Shown here one piece after another: positions 37,201-50,960 of a DNA stretch of 64,000 nucleotides. How positions within the stretch are numbered: the stretch's first letter is position 1; each line of letters starts with the position of its first letter. Source of the stretch: Mobula hypostoma (taxonomy: Eukaryota); contig NC_086097.1 in assembly GCF_963921235.1 (NCBI RefSeq), positions 214,398,001-214,462,000 of the forward strand, given 5' to 3'. The notes under the pieces were generated by a model. It was given only the letters and a program-made list of their open reading frames with translations, did no database searches and was not told the DNA's origin. The position numbers were made by a program, and so were the translations under genes.

Positions 37201-38744
37201 ATTGAAAATGGAACTGGGAATGCACAAAACATTTGGCAACCGTTCTGAATGCTCATCTTACTTAACAACCACAAGTTCTGTTTCAGCACTAAAACAAATC
37301 CATCCATCACACCATTGCATTTATTTATAACAACAGGAAAAAATATTATGGGAATCAAAATCTGCGTAATTGTGGAAACTCTGCTGGGGAGAAAAGAGAG
37401 CGAGTGATTAGAATTAAGATAACTGAGGCAGACAGTTGTTCATCCAAGGCATTATGTTAGTAAATAGCTATGAATAATAGAGGGCCTATTCCATTCTTGC
37501 CTCTTTGCTGAAGCTAAAATGCTTTGTATGTTAAGCTGCAATGATCCCCATCAGACCGTGCTCCACCCTCTTTTGGCAGGTGCTTGCCAGTAGGATCCTT
37601 GCATCAATAATAATTTGGACTTAATACAGATCAATGCTTAGTTGTCTTGTTTGGTGCCAGCTGCCTCCCTCCCTGGAAGCACGGTGTGCTAAAGAGCACA
37701 CAATGCCCAGAATAAGGGCAATGAGCTAATTATTTTTTCCCAAGGGGAGGTTTGTTTGTGGGCCTGGAGAGTTGTTTCACTTTAGGACCAAGCAAGAAAT
37801 TCAGAGCCTACCCCTTCAACCAGCTTGTATCTCAACTGTGAGAACAAGCCATACATTCCTGACACACCAGTAGTTTGTCTCTGCTCCTGATGCTCTGGTG
37901 CCGAAATTTGCACTGATCTAAAATTACAGACACTTCTGCAGTTTCATTCTTAACAACTTGTCCATCAAAATATAAACATTCCATGAAATAAGGTGATAGG
38001 TGTATCATTTATGATATAATAATAAATCTTGCTGTCCTTACTGAATGCGGAATTTGGAATTAGTTGCTGTTTAGGCTTGGTTTAAAAGTAGTTGTCTGGT
38101 TTTAACAATTCAAAACCAGAATGCACTGTGATTGATGGTGATGTGTTGAATTGTTCTGTTTGTAATGAATGAGTGAGTGATGCACACAGATAAGGTACAA
38201 TGATTAATGGTAAATGCAAAGTCTTCTCACCATTCTGGCTGGTTTAGAATTTTATCACTCCTGTGTTTTTTAAAAATTCAATGTCATTGTCACCCAAAAA
38301 AATTAATGTGGGACCATTAATACAGAGAAAAAGTTCAGGTAGGGAGGACAGCTGTATTAGATTTGCCCTGTATTTGGCAGAAATATTCAGGACATGTATT
38401 GTAAGCTGAGCACATTTTGCCCGCAGCATCTGAAGTCACGGACCTCCAGGGCTAGCCTGCCATTACTGTAAGAGCTGTACGCTACAGCCCTCTCACTGAA
38501 GTGAAAATGTCACAGTGTGTGTTTGTTGTGGACCTTTGAGAACAGTAAAAGAGCTGCGTGCAGCTCACAAGTTTTAGTTTGGCTGCTCCTGTGCAGGGCT
38601 GTTGAGCTGCAGGTCTGCACATACACAGAACTAAGGACATGCCTCACTCTTTTCAAATCGATGCAGATAGCTTCCCTCGCCACATCGCCATCACCTTTCA
38701 AAATTTCCCCACTTTTTATTGAATAGTTGCACTATTTGAAACGT

Positions 38745-38980
38745 GGAACATTACAGCACAATACAGGCCCTTTGGCCTATGAAGTCGAACTGACCTTTTA
38801 ACCTACAGTAAGACCAATCTAACCCTTTCTTCCTACATATGCCTCCATTTTCCTATCATCCATGTGCCAAGCTGAGTTTCTTATATGTTCCTGATGTACT
38901 TGCCAGCTACCAGCACTCCTGGCTAGGTGTTCTACATAACCAAACCCGTTTTTTAAATAAACTTAACCTTGATGTTCACC
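38745..38980 (-). mobile_element. Old CR1 3' tail
   Basis: acagcacaatacaggccctttggcct...ctatcatccatgtgcc. Confidence 0.65.
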
Positions 38981-40104
38981 CACCTCCACCCCACCACCAT
39001 ATTTTCAACTCCAAATGAGCATAAAGTTTCTCGGACTAAATATTGTGAGCTAACTTCATTCCTGCCACAGGTTCCATTCTGTATTTCTACTGAGTGATGA
39101 ACCAGACTACTTACAACTAGGGTTAAATATCTGCCTATCTATTTTCTGACTGTTTGTATTGTATTTTGTAGCGCGTTTATTATGGGTAATTTGGGTTGGG
39201 ACGTGGTAGAAGTGAAGAGTGTAATTACATATTCATGCTTTGTCTTTAGTGAAATTTAGTCTGTTTAGACTGGTGGGTCGAAGGAATGAGATTTTTGTTG
39301 ACCATTTAACGCTATCATTTAAATAAGCTACACTTATTGCTAACATTTAAATATGCTTAAGAGTGCTTAGTCTGCTTATTCTGTTAAATCGTTAGCTTTA
39401 GTTTCATTTGCTTTCTATTATTACACGATTGTTTTTGCTGGTTTCTTAATAAAGGATCAAGCGTACTTTCTTCAACTTAGAATTATGTTATTTTTGGAGC
39501 GCGTTGTACAGTGTCAGCCCCGAGTGCTGAGTCTCAGAGCGGTTTGGTTTGTTTTCAAGTAACTGCTACAATCTGAATTCACACTAAGTTACAGCCTCAT
39601 GAAAAGCTTTCTCTGCCATGCAACATTGTTTATTCAAGTTCAAGGGCTGTTGAAATCCTATGTGTGTGTCTTACATCCAGATTTATAATTATAAAGGATC
39701 CAGCAGCAATCAAGTCACTTCAGATCAGTCTCCTTGCGGAGGCATACCAAGTTCCAATTATCTTTGCAGTCAGTGTCCGAACACATATCGGGTTCCAATG
39801 GTCTAATGTGCATTTGACAATTCACATTGATTCCCAGTTAAGCCACTCCACTGTTTTAAAATTCTCCTCTTGTTTTCAAAGTGAAATTCAGCTCTTTCTT
39901 TAAGCCTGTTCCTCCCTACTCTACAATAAACTCCAGTTCAACACTCAATCAAGACATCTGTATTTCTCCACTTGGCACCGTGAACATCCCCGATTTAATC
40001 GTTCAGTCAATCATTTCATGCCTTCAGTTGCCGAGAACTCTAGCTCAGGAAGTACCTAACTAATTTTGACTCTTAATAGCTCTTTCTCATTTAAGATATT
40101 CATA

Positions 40105-41272
40105 AGACCATAAGACAAAGGAGCAGAAGTCGGCCATTTGGCCCATCGAGTCTGCTCCACCATTTTATCATGAGCTGATCCATCCTCCCATTTAGTCCCA
40201 CTCCCCCGCCTTTTCACCATAACCTTTGATGCCCTGGCTACTCAGATACCTATCAATCTCTGCCTTAAATACACCCAATGACTTGGCCTCCACTGCTGCC
40301 CGTGGCAACAAATTCCATAGATTCACCACCCTCTGGCTTAAAAAATTTCTTCGCATATCTGTTCTGAATGGGCGCCCTTCAATCCTTAATTCATGCCCTC
40401 TCGTACTAGACTCCCCCATCATGGGGAACAACTTTGCAACATCCACTCTGTCCATGCCTTTCAACATTCGTAATGTTTCTATGAGGTCTCCCCTCATTCT
40501 CCGAAACTCCAAGGAATACAGTCCAAGAGCGGACAAACGTTCCTCATATGTTAACCCTCTCATTCCCGGAATCATTCTAGTGAATCTTCTCTGTTCCCTC
40601 TCCAATGTCAGCACATCCTTTCTTAAATAAGGAGACTAAAAATGCCCACAGTACTCCAAGTGAGGTCTCACCAGTGCCTTATAGAGCCTCAACATCACAT
40701 CCCTGCTCTTATACTCTATTCCTCTAGAAATGAATGCCAATATTGTATTTGCCTTCTTTACTACCGACTCAACCTGGAGGTTAACCTTAAGGGTATCGTG
40801 TACAAGGACTCCCAAGTTCCGTTGCATCTCAGAACTTTGAATTCTTTCCCCATTTAAATAATAGTCTGCCTGTTTATTACTTCTGCCAAAGTGCATAACC
40901 ATACACTTTCCAACATTGTACTTCATTTGCCACTTCTTTGCCCATTCTTCCAATCTATCCAAGTCTCTCTGCAGACTCTCCATTTCCTCAGCACTACCGG
41001 CCCCTCCACCTATCTTTGTATCGTCAGCAAACTTAGCCACAAAGCCATCTATTCCATAATGTAAATCGTTGATGTACAATGTAAAAAGAAGCGGCCCCAA
41101 CACCTGTGGAACTCCACTGGTAACTGGCAGCCAACCAGAATAGCATCCCTTTATTCCCACTCTCTGTTTCCTGCCAATCAGCCAATGCTCTATCCACATA
41201 TGTAACTTTCCCGTAATTCCATGGCCTCTTATCTTGTTAAGTAGCCTTATGCGTGGCACCTTGTCAAAGGCT
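40105..41272 (-). mobile_element. CR1 LINE, 5'-truncated
   Basis: ORFs 40636-41277 (KAFDKVP, FADDTK) and 40192-40614; (ataagacc)n tail; ttcata on both flanks. Confidence 0.92.
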
Positions 41273-42193
41273 TTCATATTCCTTGAAACTTTATTTGATA
41301 TCTGTCATAACATATTTGTAATGGAGTGGTAATATCCTTATCTGGATTGGCCATAAATTTTGCTGTGTAGGTTCCCGTGAAGTACCATGAAGCATTTACT
41401 GTGTTAAAGATGCTACTTAACGTGTTGCTGGTATTTATGAAGGCAGGTTAGGAATGTTTCATCTTGCATTCTATATATTTCACCACAAGACCCACACTGA
41501 AATATCTCAGATGGAAACTGCTTCATTTACTGAGAGAAAAAAATAATGGTTAGCAGGAAGCATTGAACAGGTCTTTAAGGTGCAATTGTGGTATCTAAAA
41601 GAAGCTGAGGAAGTAAATACATCGTCAAAAAGCTTACTTCATCAAAAATTTTATAGGTCCCTACATTGATTTTTTTTCAGTTGTCAGTTTACTTCTCGTC
41701 CATTCTATCGACATCATTTACCAGAATCAATTTATATTAAATAAGAATTCTCAGCCATTCTTGATTTTCATGTTTCAATGAAGAAATTCAGTACATCAAT
41801 TTGCTATTCACTTTTATTGGGGGATGTATAGGGCCCTAAATCCTATGTCAGGCATCATGCAATAAACCACTTAAAATTTGTGCAGTAATTTTCCCCACCA
41901 GGTAAACATCCAATATGCCCAGTTTAATCTGGTTAATGTTGTGAAGTCATGGGTAAAGAAAGCCAGGTAACCCCGCTGCCTAATGCAGGGATCGAGTTTG
42001 AGGCTGTTTACTGAAGAAAGTACTTCAGAATGCGGAAAGGATCAAGAATGGAAATAGTGAGAAGGAAAAGAACAAAGGGAATGAAAGAAAAGCAAGGGAA
42101 TCAGGGAGAGGGAGATCTTACTTTACTCAAGATTCAAGATTGGTTAATTCCACTTCCAGTATACTAATGTAAAGGAAAACTAAATAATTGTTA

Positions 42194-43697
42194 GCAACAC
42201 ACATCAAAGTTGCTGGTGAACGCAGCAGGCCAGGCAGCATCTCTAGGAAGAGGTACAGTCGACGTTTCAGGCCGAGACCCTTCGTCAGGACTAACTGAAA
42301 GAAGAGTTAGTAAGAGATTTGAAAGTGTGAGGGGGAGGGGGAGATACAAAATGATAGGAGAAGACAGGAGGGGGAGAGATGGAGCCAAGAGCTGGACAGG
42401 TGATTGGCAAAGGGGATATGAGAGGATCATGGGACAGGAGGCCCAGGGAGAAGGAAAAGGAGGAGGGGAACCCAGAGGATGGGCAAAGGGTATAGTCAGA
42501 GGGACAGAGGGAGAAAAAGGAGAGTGAGAGAAAGAATGTGTGTATAAAAATAAATAACGGATGGGGTATGAGGGGGAGGTGGGGCATTAGCGGAAGTTAG
42601 AGAAGTCAATGTTCATGCCATCAGGTTGGAGGCTACCCAGACGGAATATAAGTTGTTGTTCCTCCAACCTGAGTGTGGCTTCAGTTTTACAGTAGAGGAG
42701 GCCCTGGATATACATGTCAGAATGGGAATGGGATGTGGAATTAAAATGTGTGGCCACTGGGAGATCCTGCTTTCTCTGGGGGACAGAGCGTAGATGTTCA
42801 GCAAAGCGGTCTCCCAGTCTGCGTCGGGTCTCGCCAATATATAAAAGGCCACATCGGGAGCACCAGACTCAGTATATCACCCCAGCCGACTCACAGGTGA
42901 AGTGTCGCCTCACCTGGAAGGACTGTCTGGGGCCCTGAATGGTGGTAAGGGAGAAAGTGTAAGGGCATGTGTAGCACTTGTTCTGCTTACAAGGATAAGT
43001 GCCAGGAGGGAGATCGGTGGGGACAGATGGGGGGGACCAATGGACAAGGGAGTCGCGTAAGGAGCGATCCCTGCGGAAAGCAGAGGGGAGGGGAGGGAAA
43101 GATGTGCTTACTGGTGGGATCCCGTTGGAGGTGGAGGAAGTTACAGAGAATAATATGTTGGACCCGGAGGCTGGTGGACCAGGGGAACCCTATTCCTAGT
43201 GGGGTGGCGGGAGGATGGAGTGAGAGCAGATGTGCGTGAAATGGGGGAGATGCGTTTGAGAGCAGAATTGATGGTGGAGGAAGGGAAGCCCCTTTCTTTA
43301 AAAAAGGAGGACATCTCCCTCGTCCTGGAATGAAAAGCCTCATCCTGAGAGCAGATGCGGTGGAGACGGAGGAATTGCGAGAAGGGGATGGCATTTTTGC
43401 AAGAGATAGGGTGAGAAGAGGAATAGTCCAGATAGCTGTGAGAGTCAGTAGGCTCATAGTAGACATCAGTGGATAAGCTGTCACCAGAGATAGAGACAGA
43501 AAGATCTAGAAAGGGGAGGGAGGTGTCGGAAATGGACCAGGTAAACTTGAGGGCAGGGTGAAAGTTGGAGGCAAAGTTAATAAAGTCAACGAGCTCAGCA
43601 TGTGTGCAGGAAGCAGCGCCAATGCAGTCATCGATGTAGCAAAGGAGAAGTGGGGGACAGATACCAGAATAGGTATGGAACATAGGTTGTTCCACAA
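42194..43697 (-). mobile_element. Penelope-like retroelement, 5'-truncated (RT C-half + GIY-YIG + pLTR)
   Basis: CYIDDCIG...FHPALKFT...LPFLDL...YLDYSSSHP; hand translation of ~42780-42940 gives FTCESAGVIY*VWCSRCGLLYIGETRRRLGDRFAEHL; frameshifts and a stop. Confidence 0.93.
42256..42293 (-). ncRNA. Minimal type-I hammerhead ribozyme motif in Penelope pLTR
   Basis: Sense strand of the element: tagtc CTGACGA A gggt ctcg gcct GAAAC GTC gactg. Confidence 0.75.
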
Positions 43698-45022
43698 AAT
43701 TAATTGTCACTCCAGCTGCAATGCAGCATGAAAAAAATAAGCAATAATAAAAATAACTACATGTAAATATATAAGATAGCTTACGTACATAGATTGTAAA
43801 GTAATGCTGGGCACCAGAGTGTCTGTACATAAGGTGACTGACAGGAAATGATAAAGTATTGGTATTTGGGAGTGGCTGGAGGTGTCAATCAGCCTTACTG
43901 CTTGGGGAAAGTCACTGGATTTGATGCTGATGGTCCTGGCATGGATGCTATGTAGCCTTCCCCTCCCTCCCCCCCCCCCCCAGAGGAACAGAAAGCCCAT
44001 GAGCAACGTGGGTGATCCTTCATGATGTTACTGGCCCTTTTCGGCACCTTTCTGTGTTTATGTCCTTGATTCTCAAGCTCTAATCCAGCTTTTCTCTTCA
44101 TTAAATCTGTACTTAGATCCATGCAGTAAAGTATTGATTTTGTTACCTCTGATTAAATCTAAATTGAAACCTAACTCTACTTGGAGATTAATTCATTCCA
44201 CTCTACAGTTTTTTTTAAAGCCTGTCTGCTTTGGTAAATTTTATTTGGATTTAATCTGAACTAAACTACTGATCAAAATTAAAGATTTCAAAACAAAACT
44301 GCACAATAAAATCAAAAGAAATTCCTTCCTTTATCTGACCGACTTTGACTGAGGGGTGAAATTCAGTTTATTCACATTATCCATGGGACGACAAGCTGTT
44401 CTGAGGATACCACCTAGGGCTGTTCATGTCATAACTTGCAAATGAAAATGGATATTATTCTCAAAGGTGTTATGCAAATGAGAATATTTCAAACCAAAAT
44501 CACTTGGCTCATAAACAAAAATTAATAAACATTCAGAGATAATGTAAACTCTACGATCTACGCCTGATGTGCTTTCTGTTCATGATTTCATGCTGGTTTA
44601 AGATACACTTCATGAATTCATTCTGTGAGCAACATACAAAATCTGACTTTTAATCAGTTTCACTCTGACATATTTTCTATGTATTTGTACAGCAAACTGT
44701 TTAACCTTTGTGACAGGTAACGGGAACTTGCAGACTACTGAATGACAGAGCAGGCGGTGAAACAAATGCTATATCATCGATAGAACTTGGTGATTTAACT
44801 CCTATTAAAATTACCAACAGGCTTAAATTTAGGAATAATTCTTATTTTTAATAATTATTTTGTATTATTCAGCTTCATTTTTGTTCCACATGTACAGTAT
44901 TGTGAATGTTGTACTTCACAGTTTTACATTGTATTTTAAATATCATAAAATCAATAGCCTAGAGATTAGTTTCATTTTCTTCAGACTTTAGGCTGCCATA
45001 TAGACAGAATTCCAAGTCACCC

Positions 45023-46278
45023 AGAATTTCAGAATCAGGTTTAATATTACTGGCATACGTTGTGAAATGTGCTGTTTTGCAACAGAGGTACGTAATTACA
45101 ATACATAATACAAACTATAAATTACAATAATATAAATACACAACATAGAAATGATTATTGTATATATTACAAAAACATAATATACAAACTAAATAAGGAG
45201 AGCAAAGAGGAGTAAAAAGATAGAGGTAGTGTAATGGTCTCATTGTCCATTCAGAAATCTGATGGCGGTGGGGAAGAAGCTGTTCTTAAGAAGTTGAGTA
45301 TGTGTCTTCAGGCTCCTGTACCACCACCTTGATGTTAGCAATGGCACGCCCTGGGTAATGGAGGCCTTTAGTGAAGAAGTTGCCTTTTGTGGATGTCCTC
45401 GGTGCCAAGGAGGCTAGGGCCCGTAGTGGAGCTGTCTGAGTGTTCAACTTTCTGCAACTTTTTCTGATCCTTTGCAGTTGCCCCTCCATACCAGATGATT
45501 ATGCAACCAGTTGGAATGTTCTCCACAGTACATCTGTATAAATTTGTAAGTGGCTTTGCTGACATACCTCGTCTCCTCAAAGATCTAATGAAGTACAGCA
45601 ACGGTTGTGCCTTCTCAATTGCACCGATATGTTGGGCCCAGGATTTATCTTCAGTGATGTCGACACCAGGAATTTGAAACTGCTCACCCAGTCCACTGTT
45701 GATCTCTCGACGAGGACTGGTGTGTGTTCCCTTGACTTCCCCTTCCTGAAGTCCACAATCAGTTCCTTGGTCTTCCTAACACTGAGTTCAAGGTTGTTGT
45801 TTCAACACCACTCAACCAGTTGATCTATCTCATTCCTGGATGCCTCCTCATCACCATCGGAAATTCTGCCAACAATAGCTGTCATTAGCAAATTTATTGA
45901 TGGTGTTTGAGCTGTGCCTAGGCACACAGTTGTGTATGTGGATTAAACATGCATCCTTGAGATGAGCCAGTGTTGGTTGACAGTGAGGAGGAGATATTAT
46001 TTGTGATCTGCATTGACTGTGGTCTCCTGATGAGGAAGTTAAGGATCCAATTGCAGAGGGAGGTGCAGAGGCCCAGGTTTTGGAGCTTGTTGATTAGTAC
46101 TGAGAATATGATGGTGTTGACCACTGAGCTGTAATTAATAAGCAGCAGCCTGATGTAAGAATTGCTATTGTCCAGGTTGAGTGGAGAGCCAGAGAGATTG
46201 CATCTACTCTTAGACCTATTGTGGTGAAAGGTAAATTGCAGGGAGTTCAGGTCCTTGCTTAAGCAGGAGTTGATTCTT
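45023..46278 (-). mobile_element. Decayed Rex1/Babar LINE (RT + 3' UTR)
   Basis: LCNWILNFLIRRPQSM, LYFIRSLRR...LYRCTVENI; agaatcag tail. Confidence 0.85.
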
Positions 46279-47653
46279 TACAGTAGATGAACATGTGAAA
46301 GACAATTAGAGGTTGAGACACAGGGAAATAAATAGAGGGCAAATGAAGCCTTTGGGAATGCTCTACTGGGAATGAGCAGGGACCCAATTAAATGAATCAC
46401 TTTCTACTGTGTTGTTAAAGGTAAGAAAATAACAGTATGATAAAGGTCGGAAAGAACCTGAATTATATTAAATGAATCACAACTTGCTCAAGTCAGGATT
46501 TACGTATATGAAAATGTCAGAAAGGTAAAGACCCTTAAATTAATACAGCTTGTTTCATGAACTCAAATAAATTCTGTTTTCCATAAATATTTCTGTGTAT
46601 TCAGTATTCTTGATTTCCATAAGGCTGGTATTTCTGCACTGGGAGTCATTCACGTGATCGGTATAAATTTGTGACCGTTACCTGAATATATTTGACTGTC
46701 AAGGACATGTGGAAGCCTGTTATCTTAATTACAGTGTGACATCTACTGTGAAACAGTGATTATCGAGCCTGCCTTAAAGGATCAGTTCTAAGTTCTTCCA
46801 TAACTAAGCAAGTCACCCACTGTAGCCAAAGTTTTATTGATAGGCAACATTTTCTGTTCAGCATTACCCTAATTTTGGGAACGCTGAATGGGACTGAATG
46901 CAGACATGATTTTTTTCATTTTCATTTTTTTGGGGAATTTGATGGGTTCTGATGTTTCATTATTTTAATGATATTAAAGTGATAGTAAATATCTTTGAAT
47001 ATTCATTCATGCTAAAGTACAAAGTTTCTACGATGCAAGCAGAACCAATGAAGAAATTGGAGATGCTTTTGTACAGGGGTAAGAGCTTTTTATTACTGGG
47101 CTGAAGTTAGCTTTGGAATGTTAAATCTATTTTAATATGGTATTCTTGGTTGGAAAAGAGAAGGAAGCTTACCCAGTACCCTGTGCTGATATACTAAGCT
47201 CTACTCTAACTGTACCCCTGTGTATTGATGGAGATCATACCAGCCTACACCAAACCTTGCTGTACCTAGAGAAGTGGTAAGGTCCTCATGGGAAGAAAAA
47301 GTGAATGAGGAAGTGGGTAAACGAAGGACATATTTCTCAGCACTAATTTTGGAGATTCTGAACAGGCAGTTGCATTAGGCAGCTGTCAGAAACATAGCCT
47401 GCCTTACCGTGAGTTTGACCCACTCAAGCTTTTTGTTTGTTTGGAACTGTATGTCCTAAAACTTGCCAAGAGCATGTGTCTGCAAATATAAGCCTTACAG
47501 AGATCTTTGGCTTTTGTTCTCATTTCTGACACAACACAAGGAACTAAAAGGTAAATTGTAACAATTTTCTCACAATCGAAATATTCCCTATTTACGACTG
47601 ATACAAATAAATCACACTTTGTTTTCTTACAGTTATGTATGTACTGCTTATTC

Positions 47654-50600
47654 TAACATAGAAACAGAAACATAGAGGACCTACAGTACAATACAGGCCA
47701 TTTCAGCCCTAGGGAAAAAAGCCTCTGACTATCCACACGATCAATGCCTCTCATCTTGTACACCTCTATCAGGTCACCTCTCATCCTCTGCCACTCCGAG
47801 AAAAGGCGGAGTTTACTCAACCTATTCTTATAAGGCATGCTCCCCAAACCAGGCAACATCCTTGTAAATCTCCTCTGCACCCTTTCTATAGTTTCCACAT
47901 CCTTCCTGTAGTGAGGTGACTAGAACTGAGCACAGTACTCCAAGTGGGGTCTGACCAGGGTCCTATACAGCTGTAACATTACCGCTTGGCTCTTAAACTC
48001 AATCCAACGGTTGATGAAGACCAATGCACCGTATGCCTTCTTAACCACAAAGTCAACCTCCGCAGCAGCTTTGGTGTCCTATGGACATGGATTCCAAGAT
48101 CCCTCTGATCCTCCACACTGCCAAGAGTCTTACCATTAATACTATATTCTGCCATCATATTTGACCTACCAAAATGAACCACCTCATACTTATCTGGGTT
48201 GAACACCATCTGCCACTTCTCAGCCAGTTTTGCATCCTATTGATGTCCCACTGTAACCTCTGACAGCCCTCCACACTATGCACAACACACCCAACCTTTG
48301 TGTCATCAGCAAATTTACTAACCCATCTCTCCATTTTCTCATCCAGGTAATTTATAAAAATCATGAAGAGTAGAGGTCCCAGAACAGGTCCCTGAGGCAC
48401 ACCACTAGTCACCGGCTCCATGCAGAATATGACCTGTCTATAACCACTCTTTGTCTCCTGTGGGCACATCAATTCTGGACCCACAAAGCAAGATTTGCTT
48501 GGATACTATGCCTCCTTACTTTCTCAATAAGCCTTGCATATGAGGTACCTTATCAAATGCCTTGCTGAAATCCATATACACTTCATCAACGTGTTTAGGC
48601 ACATCCTTAAGAAATTCAATCAGGCTTGTAAGGCACGACCTGCCTTTGACAAAACCATGCTGACTATTCCTAATCATATTATGCCTCTCCAAATGCTCAT
48701 AAATCCTGCTTCTCAGTATCTTTTCCATCTTTGCCTTGGGGTTTTCCTTAATCCTGTCTGCTAAGGCTTTCTTATGGCCCCTTCTGGCTCTCCTAATTTC
48801 ATTCTTAAACTCATTCCTACTAGCCTTATAATCTCCTAGATCCCTATCATTACCTAGTTTTTTGAACCTTTCATAAGCTTTTCTTTTCTTCTTGACTAGA
48901 TTTTCAACAGCTTTTGTACACTACGGTACCTGTACCCTCCTATCCTTTCCCTGTCTCATTGGAACGTACCTACGCAGAATGCCACACAAACATCCGCTGA
49001 ACATTTGCCACATTTTTGCCGTACATTTCCCTGAGAACATCTGTTCCCAATTTATGCTTCCAAGTTCGTGCCTGATAGCTTCACATTTCCTCTTACTCCA
49101 ACTAAACGCTTACCTAACTTGTCTGTTCCTATCCCTCTCCAATGCTATGGTAAAGGAGATAGAATTGTGATCACTATCTCCAAAATGCTCTCCCACTGAG
49201 AGACCTGACACCTGACCAGGTTCATTTCCCAATACCAGATCAAGTACAGCCTCTCCTCTTGTAGGCTTATCTACATATTGTGTCAAGAAACCTTCCTGAA
49301 CACACCTAACAAACTCTACCCCATCTAAACCCCTAGCTCTAGGGAGATTCCAATCTCCCACCACAACCACCCTGTTATTATTACGTTTTTCCAGAACCTA
49401 TCTCCCTATCTGCTCCTTGATGCCCTTGTTACTGTTGGATAGTCTATAAAAAAAAACACCCAGTAGAGTTATTGACCCTTTCCTGTTTCTAACTTCCACC
49501 CACAGAGACCCAGTAGACAATCCCTCCATAACTTCCGCCTTTTCTGCCACGCCCCCACCTCTTTTGCCTCCCTCCCTGTCCTTTCTGAAATGTCTAAAGC
49601 CTGGCACTCTAAGTAGCCATTCCTGCCCTAAGCCATCCAAGTCTCTGTAATGACCACAACGTCATAGCTCCAAGTACTGATCCATGCTCTAAGCTCATCC
49701 GCTTTGTTCTTGATGCTTCTTTCGTTAAAATAGACACATCTCAAACCATCAGTCTGAGCGCATCTCTTGTCTATCACCTGCCTATCCTCCCTCTCGCACC
49801 GTCTCCAAGCTTTCTCTATTTGTGAGCCAACTTCCGTCTCTTCAGTTTTGTTCCCACCCCCCATCAATTCTAGTTTAAGCTCCCCAATAGCCTTAGCAAA
49901 CCTCCCTGCAAGGATATTGGTCCCCCTGGGATTCAAGGCAACCCGTCCTTAGTGTACGGGTCACGCCTGCCCCAAAAGAAGTTGTTGTGATCCAGAAATC
50001 TGAATCCCTGCCCCCTGCTCCAATCCCTCAGCCACACATTTATCCTCCACCTCACTCTATTCCTATACTCACTGTCACGTGGTACAGGCAGTAATCCCAA
50101 GATTACTACCTTTGAGGTCCTGCCTCTCAACTTCCTTCCAAACTCCCTGTAGTCTGTTTTCAGGACCTCCTTCCTTTTCCTACCTATGTCGTTGGTAACA
50201 GTATGTACCACGACCACTGACTGTTCTCCTTCCCACTTCAGGATATCGTGGACGCGATCAGAAACATCCTGGACCCTGGCACCTGGGAGGCAAACTACCA
50301 TCTACATTTCTTTCCTGCATCCACAGAATCGCCTGTCTGACCCCCTAACTATAGAGTCCCCTATCACTGCTGCCATCCTCTTCCTTTCCCTACCCTTCTG
50401 AACCACAGGCTAGACTCTGTGCCAGAGGCGTGGCCATTGTTGCTTCCCCCAGGTAGGCCGTCCCCCCAACAGTACTCAAACAGGAGTACTTATTGTTAAG
50501 GAGGACAACCACAGGGGTACTCTCTAGTATCTGACTCTTGCCCTTCCCTCTCCTGACTGTTACCCACTTATCTGGCTCCTGAGGCCCTAGTATGACTCTT

Positions 50601-50960
50601 GTCTAAAACTCCTCTCTATCACCTCCTCACTTTCCCTGACCAGACGAAGGTCATCGAGGTGCATCTCCAGTTCCCTAATGCAGTCTCTAAGCAGCTGCAG
50701 TTTGATGCACCGGGCAGAGATGTAGCTGTCAGGGAGGCCAGGACAGGACACCGGCCTCACAGACATACTTCCTGTTTCTATTCCTTACGGGTAACTTACC
50801 TCGCCTTGACTCGATATCACCAAAGCCCAAATGAGCCAAAGCCCTACCACTCTGTGTCAGATCACTCCATTGATGTCCACTCCACTAGGCAGTGTCTGCC
50901 TTTTATGCCTGAACCTTCCCTGCTATCTAACTCACGATTGGTAACCCAGTTATAGCCGCT
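47654..50960 (-). mobile_element. CR1 LINE with esterase ORF1 and internally deleted ORF2
   Basis: CLPGARVQDV...HTVTNDIG (SGNH-like), LRCVYFNERSI...ITETW endonuclease, GVPQGPVLGP / FADDTK RT. Confidence 0.92.

Larger units (their letters stand above)
42128..44075 (-). mobile_element. Rex1-type 3' end (42128-42192 plus 43698-44075) split by Penelope
   Basis: (caagatt)n tail; UTR collinear with 34445-34520 across the insertion; FPQAVRLI coding end. Confidence 0.75.

Noticed and set aside
44466..44480. Sox-Oct-like composite motif (tgttatgcaaat)
   Set aside because: The Sox half-site is incomplete, and a single short motif is insufficient evidence.
47000..47085. Possible exon IHAKVQSFYDASRTNEEIGDAFVQ ending at gtaag
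   Set aside because: There is an in-frame stop just upstream, no acceptor with a pyrimidine tract, and the peptide is not recognised.
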